Source: Candidatus Moanibacter sp. (lineage in GTDB: Bacteria > Verrucomicrobiota > Verrucomicrobiia > Opitutales > UBA2987). From it: a stretch of DNA of 32,913 nucleotides. Both the position numbers and the translations under genes were made by a program. Shown one piece after another: positions 25,715 through 32,913 of this stretch (within the stretch, counting starts at the first letter, position 1; each line of letters starts with the position of its first letter). The notes beneath the pieces were generated by a model. That model was not told the DNA's origin. It saw only the letters and a program-made list of their open reading frames with translations, and did no database searches. Location: NCBI GenBank assembly GCA_965215885.1, contig CBDCEW010000016.1, positions 1 through 32,913 of the forward strand, written 5' to 3'.

Positions 25715-26734
25715 TTATGCGGTTCCGTATTCGAGACCCAGTTCGCGAATCCACTTGCGGTACTCGATTGCTGTTCGGTCGGACATGAGGTGGAGTTCCT
25801 CCCTGAGATCGAGGGGCAGGCACTCGGGATGTTGCGAATTCACTAATCTGATATCCTGGGAGAGTATCTCATCTTCGCGCTCGACAAAAAGCTCGTCGGG
25901 AGCTCCCGGGATATTGGTCACGAGCCATATCCAGCCCACGCAGCTGTGCCGGTTCACCGGACAGACGCTGAACCAGACGGAGAAATTGGGCGCTTCTTCG
26001 CCCATGTTGTTATTTCTTACCTGGACGGTGAGAGGACGAAATATGTGGTAATCATAGTAGACGTATTGGCCCTCTCCAGTCCCCTGAAATGACGGCTGGT
26101 AGAGTTTTATAGCGGGAGCAAAGAGACCCTCCTCTGTTCGACTCACTTCGTATTTTTCGATTTCGGGCTTGTCGGAGACGCCAAGCAGACCGTCGTGAAC
26201 CATGCAGAGATGGGCAACGTCGAGAAAGTTTTCCACGGCTCTTGGGCCGACCGCTTCGAAGGCATAAGGACCGGCAGGAATCTTTCTAAAACTCTCATCA
26301 TCGTACCAGATACAGGGCGGGGGATCATTGTTGGGCTCGCCCAGACAGACCCAGATATGACCGACGTGCTCCCTACATTGGTAGGTGGTAGTGCGCGCTT
26401 TGGCAGGTATTTCGATATCGGGATGAGCCGGTACCCGAACGCAGCGGCCCTCTTCATTGTACGTCCAGGCATGGTAGGGACATACGAGGCAGTTGTCCCT
26501 GACTTTTCCAAGAGAGAGTCTGGAGCCGCGGTGAATACAAAGATCGCGCCATGCGTGGGCCACGCCCCCTGCCCGCCAAAGGACGAGAGGCTCACCCATC
26601 ACCATAGCTTCCTTTACATTGCCTTCCGCTAATTCCGAGGACCTGCAGACGACGAGCCACTCGTTCGTCAGGACGGGATCTTCAAAATAAGTATCGAATG
26701 GGGATGGGTGAAATGCTGTTTCGTCTGAAACCAT
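25715..26734 (-). CDS. Rieske non-heme iron oxygenase, VanA/NdmA-like (N- or O-dealkylase type)
   Basis: Rieske motif CIHRG...CPYHAW and mononuclear Fe motif ENFLDVAHLCMVH...D. The C-terminal 'DRTAIEYRKWIREL' recalls methylxanthine N-demethylases. Confidence 0.88.
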   Translation of the reverse strand: MVSDETAFHPSPFDTYFEDPVLTNEWLVVCRSSELAEGNVKEAMVMGEPLVLWRAGGVAHAWRDLCIHRGSRLSLGKVRDNCLVCPYHAWTYNEEGRCVRVPAHPDIEIPAKARTTTYQCREHVGHIWVCLGEPNNDPPPCIWYDDESFRKIPAGPYAFEAVGPRAVENFLDVAHLCMVHDGLLGVSDKPEIEKYEVSRTEEGLFAPAIKLYQPSFQGTGEGQYVYYDYHIFRPLTVQVRNNNMGEEAPNFSVWFSVCPVNRHSCVGWIWLVTNIPGAPDELFVEREDEILSQDIRLVNSQHPECLPLDLREELHLMSDRTAIEYRKWIRELGLEYGTA

Positions 26735-26864
26735 GTATGCCCGATCTACTTTCTGTTGATGCGAGATGCGGCGTAACTAGAGCCTGTTCGAAAAGGTTCC
26801 GGTCAAGAGTAGACTCAACGCTGTAAATGAGTCAACAGGCAAGCGTCGGAAGGTGGCGTGCAGT

Positions 26865-28758
26865 CAGGGTAAAAGGATTCCAGGAAGCAACTAGCTGATA
26901 AGCAAGAAGATAAAAAAAGAGCTAAACAAACCCGAGGGAATCAGTCATGTTAAGATGGGATGAAAGACAAAAAATCTTACCAACTGAATCCTTCGATAGA
27001 TCGTTTAACTCTGCGTCTGGTCCTGCCCGAAGAGCAGGAGCGATTCAATGATCTATTGAAACAACATCATTATTTACACAGTGCGGGCAGCGCAGGAGAG
27101 ACCCTGCGCTATGTGGCGCAGATCGACGGGCAATGGATGGGCCTGCTCTTGTGTGGGGCCGCATCCTACCGGCTGAAGGATCGAGACGAATGGATCGGGT
27201 GGGACGGGGCGCAACGGCATGCACGATTGAAACTGGTAGTACAGAACCGGCGTTTTCTGATTTTGCCCGGGGTGGATCTTGCAAATTTGGCCTCCAAGAC
27301 GTTGGGTATGTGCCTGAGAGTCTTAGCCGATCACTGGCAGGAGGCTTTTGGCTATCGTCCCTTAGTAGCGGAAACGTTCGTGGACCCACAGATTCACCGG
27401 GGCACTTGCTACGAAGCGAGCGGGTGGACGCCCTTGGGCTTGAGCGCGGGATATGGCCGCCAACGCGAAGATTTCTATCAACGCCATGAGCGTCCCAAGC
27501 AGATCTGGGTCAAACCCCTCAAGGCTAATGCCCTTGAGCTTTTGCGCGCTTCAGGGCCATTGCCCGCGGCACAGAGCCAGGCGCTCAATGAAACCGATAA
27601 CTCCCATGCGGTCTGCCTCAAAGTGGAACAGATGAGCAGCCTGTGGGAACGCTTCAATCAGATAGAAGACTTCCGTCGTAAAGCGGGCCTTAGATATCGG
27701 CTCGCCACGGTCCTGAGCATGATTGTGCTCGGCACGATGTGCGGCAAACAGACCCTCAAGGGCATCGTGCGCCTGGCCCATCATCTCAATCAAGCCCAAT
27801 TGCGCGCCTTACGCTCCTGGAAAAACCCCAAAACAGGCCGCTATAAGGCCCCTTGCTATGATGTCTTCTATCGGGTCTTGCAAAACGTAAAGGCCGAGCT
27901 CTTCGATAAAACCCTCACCGAATTCATCTGCTTACAAGACGGCTGTTTGCCCCGCGATATTGCCGTCGACGGCAAGACCCTCAAAGGCACAAACACCGAA
28001 GAATCAAAGGCTCTGCACCTGGTGGCCGCAGTCGATCACCAAAGCGCTCAAACCTTAGCCCAAGTCGCTACCGCCGATAAATCCAACGAGATCACCGCCG
28101 CCCAGACTCTCTTGCGAAAGATGCCCATTTTGGACGGCTCCACCTTCACCTTCGACGCCATGCATAATCAAAAAGAAACTGCCCACATCGTCGTCGAAGA
28201 ACTCAGTGCTGACTATGTTATTCAAATTAAAGACAATCAGCCCAACATGCATCAATACGCTCAGAATCTCTTCAGCTCCACCCCCTTTTTCTCCACCAAA
28301 CCGTGGACAATGACCATGGGCGACTCGAAATACGTCAAATAGCAACCCATTCTCTAAGCGCTCCCTCTGCCGGCCTGCCCCATGCCCGCCAGTTCGCCTG
28401 TGTGCAACGCACCTTCCATTATCCAAACAAAGCTGAACCTTCCTCTGAACGCTCTTACTACGTAAGCAGTCTCGATCCCGCCGATTTGAGCCCTCAACAG
28501 TTCCTCTCGAAAATTCGCAACCATTGGTCGATCGAAAATAAAAATCATTACCCCAAGGATCGCTTCTTCGATGAAGATCGATGTATGATCCGTAATCATA
28601 ACGCAGCCAGAATTCTTGCTGCATGCAGGCAACTGGTTCTCAGCCTCAAGTCTTCCATGGGCGCTGAATCCACTCCCGCACTCTGTGATGATTTCGTCTT
28701 TAACTTACATAAGGCCATCAATATCATCACCTAATGCTCCGAGAATCAAAATACCGTG
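26865..28758 (+). mobile_element. ISAs1-family insertion sequence with 10-bp TSD
   Basis: Perfect direct repeat GGCGTGCAGT at 26855-26864 and 28759-28768. IRs CAGGGTAAAAGGATTC and (reverse complement) CACGGTATTTTGATTC, 11/16. Confidence 0.92.
26960..28734 (+). CDS. DUF4338-like domain fused to ISAs1 transposase; -1 frameshift near 28281-28291
   Basis: ORF1 N-terminus has HHYL, LRY, WIGW, RFLILP and ETFVD...GTCYEASGW; it continues with IAVDGKTLKG, KSNEI, DAMHNQ and IKDNQP. ORF2 (-1 frame) has HGRLEIR, RNHWSIEN.NHYPKD and FDED. Confidence 0.85.
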
Positions 28759-28837
28759 GGCGTGCAGTGTCTTAGGAATATGTCGGATTTTCCTTTCAAT
28801 GTAAGCGTTCCAAGTGAATCTGCTCGACCACTCGGCC

Positions 28838-28901
28838 GTCATTGCGAGCGTAGCGCGGCAATCCACGGATATAAGCATCCGAAAACCTGGATTGCTTCGT
28901 C
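28838..28901. repeat. GTCATTGCGAG-type palindromic repeat
   Basis: GTCATTGCGAGCGTAGCGCGGCAATCC ... GGATTGCTTCGTC, with inner IR GCAATCC/GGATTGC. Confidence 0.6.
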
Positions 28902-29307
28902 ATTCTTCCTCGTCCCGCTCGGCGGGATCAGGCTTCGCATGTTTTGGCATCGGGTTGCGCCACCGCCCTCATTTTTTGCTGCTAAATTCGACAGGCTTTG
29001 TTCGTATTTCGACGAATAACGAACAATGGCGCAACGGATGAAAGGACAGCAGCGGATGGCGAAAGCCAAGGAATGGAGCGGTTCTAATAGGCCGTAGGTT
29101 TTCGAACATCCCGGACAAGCACTTGCCCATACTGTAGTACTCCGCTTGCGGAGGAATCGTTGGGCTCATTTCAGGCAAACGGTCTCGAATATCCCGCGCC
29201 CATCGATAGAGCTCAGGGTTCCCAACAAGCGCGATCGTACCGCGAACCGGAAGTTTTGAGCAACACGTCCTAAAGCAGCGCAAGCTTGGGCCTGGCGGAT
29301 ACTTTCG

Positions 29308-30420
29308 TCAAGGGTCTGAAAACTTCAGGACCGGTTTGACGGTTACGCCTTTCTCGGAGTCTGCTACTGCCTGATTGATGTCCTCAAATGGGTATGTCTT
29401 AATCAGCTTGTCGAAAGGGAAACGCCCCTTTTCATAAAGATCGATGAGCAGTGGGATGAAGAGATCCGGAATGCTCTCACCCTCCAGGATACCCATGATC
29501 CTACGACCCACCAGAACGCTTTCGGGAGAGAAACTGAAGTCGGTACCGGGTGGAGCTCCCGCCATTATTCCACAAATGCCGAGAGGTGCGAGCGCTTCGA
29601 TGGCGTGACGAAATACATTGGGCAGACCAGTGAATTCAAGGCTGTAGTCGACTCCTCCGCCCGAGAACTTTCGAATGTTTCCGAGGACATCTTCGACATC
29701 GGGGTTAATTGTGTGAGTAGCTCCGAGCGAGCGAGCCAGGTCCAGCCGGTCGGAATTGATATCGACGCCAATCACGATGCGACATCCGGCAACCCGTGCG
29801 GCTATGATTGCGCTCAATCCCAATGCACCGGTTCCAAAGACTGCAATGGATGATCCAATATCAGCTTTGAAAGCGTTAAGTACCGCTCCCGCTCCGGATT
29901 GAATTCCACACCCCAAAGGACCGAGCAATTCAAGGGGAAGGTTGTTTCCTACCTTTACAGCATTTTTCTCGGTAACGAGAGAGTGGGTGGCGAACGATGA
30001 TTGTCCAAAGAAACTTCCGTGGATGATATCGCCGTCCTTGCTCAAAGGGGAGGAACCATCCTGGCGAGAACCGCCAAAGTTGAGGGAAAAGAAACCTTCA
30101 CAATAGTAGGGATGTCCCCGTTTGCAGTTGTTGCAATGACCGCAATGATTGTAGGAAAGTACCACTGAGTCGCCCGGCTGGACTTTTGTGACCCTGTTTC
30201 CCACTTGCTCTACTATCCCGGCGCCTTCATGACCAAGAACGATGGGCAGAGGCACAGGAAGATGCTGATCGCGCACGATAAGGTCGGTGTGGCAAATCCC
30301 AGTGGCCACGTTCCGCACCAGAATCTCATCGGCGCGAGGTTCCTCGATTTCCAGTTCCTCGATGAGGAACGGTTTTGATTTCTCGTGCAGGACGGCTGCC
30401 CTTATATTGATCTTCGACAT
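29308..30420 (-). CDS. Zn-dependent alcohol dehydrogenase, aryl/benzyl-alcohol dehydrogenase-like
   Basis: Motifs GICHTD, GHEGAG, CGHCNNC...C (structural Zn), FFGQSSFAT, PLGCGIQSGAG, GTGALG and GRFPFDKL. Confidence 0.9.
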   Translation of the reverse strand: MSKINIRAAVLHEKSKPFLIEELEIEEPRADEILVRNVATGICHTDLIVRDQHLPVPLPIVLGHEGAGIVEQVGNRVTKVQPGDSVVLSYNHCGHCNNCKRGHPYYCEGFFSLNFGGSRQDGSSPLSKDGDIIHGSFFGQSSFATHSLVTEKNAVKVGNNLPLELLGPLGCGIQSGAGAVLNAFKADIGSSIAVFGTGALGLSAIIAARVAGCRIVIGVDINSDRLDLARSLGATHTINPDVEDVLGNIRKFSGGGVDYSLEFTGLPNVFRHAIEALAPLGICGIMAGAPPGTDFSFSPESVLVGRRIMGILEGESIPDLFIPLLIDLYEKGRFPFDKLIKTYPFEDINQAVADSEKGVTVKPVLKFSDP

Positions 30421-30519
30421 TAGGAATCTTTCTGTAACGACTTGGCCGGAATCTACATTTCCGATGTTGAAAACCGAACCTCTTCGACATTCCGATATGC
30501 TGAATCCGACAGATTCCTA
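30421..30519. mobile_element. MITE-like element (TAGGAATCT...AGATTCCTA) abutting the ADH start codon
   Basis: The right end TCCGACAGATTCCTA is the exact reverse complement of the motif at 23931 and 25465; the left end is degenerate. Confidence 0.6.
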
Positions 30520-30677
30520 AACTCAAATCTGCCTTGTGGAAAGAAGCGATTCGATGGATGGAATTTTCGGATTTGCTGAGACGTTGACATTTTTGAGTGG
30601 TCTTGAAAGGGTCGGCTCCCTAAAGCGATCACCATCACTCCCAGTGATTGGATGGTACGTTTGGTTCGGACAGTTAG

Positions 30678-31172
30678 ATGGAAAAGGAGAATACATTCAA
30701 CTCGCGTGACTTTCGAGACGCAATGGGATTGTTACCAACGGGAGTAACAGTGGTCTCGGCGCAGTGTCCGGACGGCGAGCTCCTTGGCATCACTATAAAC
30801 TCGTTTACGTCGGTATCGTTAGATCCTCCGCTGATTTCTTTCTGCTTGGCGAAATCTTCCCGTTGCCTCGAGGTGTTTAGGGGATTGGAAAGTTTTGCGG
30901 TGAACATCCTAAGGGAGGACCAGAGTGATCTATCCCGAATATTCGCCGAATCCGACGACAATAAATGGGCGGAGGTGAATTATCGCTCTAGCGTCAGATC
31001 CAATCCGATTCTGGAGCCGAACCTGGCTGTCTTCGAGTGCAAATATCATGAGGAGTTCGAGAGTGGCGACCACGTTATCGTCATCGGTCATGTCCTCGAT
31101 ATTGAAGCGGATGACGAGGAAAGACCGCTCGTGTTTTTTCGAGGTCGTTATGTTGGAGTGAATCAATCTTGA
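30678..31172 (+). CDS. Flavin reductase (HpaC-like)
   Basis: Motifs FRDAMG..PTGVTVV, NSFTSVSLDPPL, FAVNIL, GDH and PLVFFRG. Confidence 0.92.
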   Translation: MEKENTFNSRDFRDAMGLLPTGVTVVSAQCPDGELLGITINSFTSVSLDPPLISFCLAKSSRCLEVFRGLESFAVNILREDQSDLSRIFAESDDNKWAEVNYRSSVRSNPILEPNLAVFECKYHEEFESGDHVIVIGHVLDIEADDEERPLVFFRGRYVGVNQS

Positions 31173-31189
31173 CGAGGTAGAGAGCCTTT

Positions 31190-32656
31190 ATGCCAAAAGA
31201 TGGTCAGCAGCATCTTGAGTCTCTTAGAGACAGTCGGGAGATATACATTTACGGCAAGAAAGTCGAGGACGTGACTTCGGATCCTTCCTTTCGCAATTCG
31301 GTTGATTCGTTCGCACGGATGTACGACTACCAGTGTGAACCGGACAACCTGGAAACAATGACTTTCGAGTCGCCGGATTCCGGCGAGCGCGTCAACCGGT
31401 GCTGGCAGTTGCCTACATCTTACGAAGAGATAGTGCAACGGCGTAAGGCCATCTCTTCCTGGGCGGAACTACACTATGGCTTTTTAGGGCGTTCGCCCGA
31501 CCACGTGGCTTCGAGTCTGTCGGGGATGTATATGGGGCTCGAGGTGTTTGAGGAACACGATCAAAGATGTGGCGACGCGCTGCGCGATTACTATCGGTAC
31601 GCCCGGGATAACGATCTTTTTCTTACCTATGTCATTATCAATCCGCAGGTTGACCGATCGAAGAATCCATCAGAACAGGACGACGATAGTGCCATTGCGA
31701 AGATTTGTGATGAGGATTCCGAAGGTATCACGATCAAAGGGGCGAAGATGCTGGGAACGAGCAGCATCATGGCGAATGAAGTGATGGTGGCTTCGCTTCA
31801 GCCGCTCAAGGAGGATGAAAAGGATTACGCGTTTTCCTGTGTTCTTCCTATGAACGCGAAGGGTGTGAAGGTGCTCTCTCGAAAGTCTTATGAATACACG
31901 GCGGGTTCCGTATTCGATAATCCCCTGGCCAGCCGTTTTGATGAAAATGATGCGGTGATCTATTTCGACGAGGTGAAGGTGCCCTGGGACAGGGTGCTGG
32001 TCTATCGGGATGCTGCCATGTGTTTGAACCAGTTTCATGGGACACCTGCGCACATCAGTCAGAATTATCAGTCACAGGTTCGGCTTGAAGTGAAGCTGCG
32101 CTTTCTTGTTGGTCTAGCGAGAAAGATTGCCGACGCTATCGGGACGACAAACATCCCGTCGGTGCGAGAGACTCTCGGGCAATTGGCGGCTGAAGCCGAT
32201 AGTGTGAAAGCGTTTGTTAGAGGGATGGAAGTCGAGGGCACGCAGCGCGGACCCTATTACCTGCCGAATCGACACCTTCTTTACACGGCACAGGTACTGA
32301 CGCAGCAACTTTACCCGAAAATTATCCAAACGCTGCGGGAGCTGGCCGGGGGCGCTATTATCATGCTCCCGTCCGGAATTGAGGATCTCCGGAACGATGA
32401 AACCGGTGACCTGGTGTTGCGGTCACAGCGTTCACCCACTTTGAGCGCTGAGGATCGCGTCAAGCTATTCAAAATGGCTTGGGATGCAACGGGTTCCGAA
32501 TTCGCCTCCCGTCACACTCAATATGAGATGTTCTACGCGGGAGCCTCGTTCGTTACGAGGTCGCATTCTTTTAGAACCTACGACTGGGAAGGCGCCAACT
32601 CGTTGGTAGATAGAGCGCTGAATAGTTACTCGCTGGAGGCTGAAGTGAAGAATTGA
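31190..32656 (+). CDS. Class D flavin monooxygenase (4-hydroxyphenylacetate 3-hydroxylase/HpaB family); substrate unknown
   Basis: Motifs GRSPDH, NPQVDR, GAKMLGT, PLASRFDENDA, VPWDRV, WDATGSEFASRH and YEMFYAG. Adjacent to the flavin reductase. Confidence 0.9.
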   Translation: MPKDGQQHLESLRDSREIYIYGKKVEDVTSDPSFRNSVDSFARMYDYQCEPDNLETMTFESPDSGERVNRCWQLPTSYEEIVQRRKAISSWAELHYGFLGRSPDHVASSLSGMYMGLEVFEEHDQRCGDALRDYYRYARDNDLFLTYVIINPQVDRSKNPSEQDDDSAIAKICDEDSEGITIKGAKMLGTSSIMANEVMVASLQPLKEDEKDYAFSCVLPMNAKGVKVLSRKSYEYTAGSVFDNPLASRFDENDAVIYFDEVKVPWDRVLVYRDAAMCLNQFHGTPAHISQNYQSQVRLEVKLRFLVGLARKIADAIGTTNIPSVRETLGQLAAEADSVKAFVRGMEVEGTQRGPYYLPNRHLLYTAQVLTQQLYPKIIQTLRELAGGAIIMLPSGIEDLRNDETGDLVLRSQRSPTLSAEDRVKLFKMAWDATGSEFASRHTQYEMFYAGASFVTRSHSFRTYDWEGANSLVDRALNSYSLEAEVKN

Positions 32657-32718
32657 GACGCGGTAAGTCGGCTGAACTTCATAGTTTCGATCCCAGTCAA
32701 AAGGACGGAGTGTTTGTT

Positions 32719-32913
32719 ATGAAAGATTGCAATTTTCTCGGATACCATGTCCGAAAATGGTATTCGCAGATCGAGGAGACCCTTGTAAATGAGACCGGGA
32801 TACCGGCCGATGGCGATCCGTTGCGAAAGATAGTGATAGCGGCATCGATTGTGAATCCTTATGCAGGAGAGTTTAGTAAGAATCTCGATTTGATTGTGGC
32901 AGATTCCGAGAAG
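32719..32913 (+). CDS. AA_synth (DUF1185-like) family protein, 3'-truncated by window edge
   Basis: Manual translation: MKDCNFLGYHVRKWYSQIEETLVNETGIPADGDPLRKIVIAASIVNPYAGEFSKNLD..., with the characteristic RK...EE...AA...NPYAG pattern. GGAG lies upstream. Confidence 0.75.
   Translation, partial: MKDCNFLGYHVRKWYSQIEETLVNETGIPADGDPLRKIVIAASIVNPYAGEFSKNLDLIVADSEK

Noticed and set aside
26960..27560. Druantia anti-phage system
   Set aside because: The DUF4338-like domain lies inside an IS, and no DruE helicase or other dru genes are present.
28756..29283. ORFs 28756-29019, 28814-29041, 28839-29069 and 28969-29283
   Set aside because: They have no recognisable motif or RBS and overlap palindromic repeats. 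A degraded fragment cannot be excluded.
23931..30519. Integron attC cassette array
   Set aside because: There is no consistent RYYYAAC/GTTRRRY pairing and no integrase; the motif behaves like terminal IRs.

Overview
Bacterial accessory region with three functional blocks and many mobile and repeat elements. (1) 1-4.0 kb: 2-aminoethylphosphonate biosynthesis genes (histidine-phosphatase fragment, cytidylyltransferase-PEP mutase fusion, phosphonopyruvate decarboxylase, convergent AEP transaminase), followed by a GT-C-type membrane glycosyltransferase. (2) 8.8-15.7 kb: NDP-sugar tailoring genes (C-methyltransferase, DegT aminotransferase broken by one amber stop, RmlC-like epimerase, three extended SDRs). 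(3) 18.8-32.9 kb: a catabolic-looking region with a SAM methyltransferase, two divergent adenine-deaminase paralogues, a TrzA/MtaD-like amidohydrolase, an NdmA-like Rieske oxygenase and an aryl-alcohol dehydrogenase, plus a divergent HpaC/HpaB-like pair and a partial AA_synth gene. I read block 3 as a candidate N-substituted-purine pathway; this is inference. Three insertion sequences are delimited at base level. The IS4-like element carries an unannotated divergent AbrB-like mini-gene, the 741-aa transposase element has a 5-bp TSD, and the ISAs1 element has a DUF4338/GNAT-like N-terminal fusion, a -1 frameshift and a 10-bp TSD. There is also a decayed RAYT flanked by 118-bp-period REP arrays, a decayed MNT-HEPN pair, and intergenic spacers made of nested inverted repeats from several families. 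Family assignments come from motifs recognised by eye; no database searches were run.
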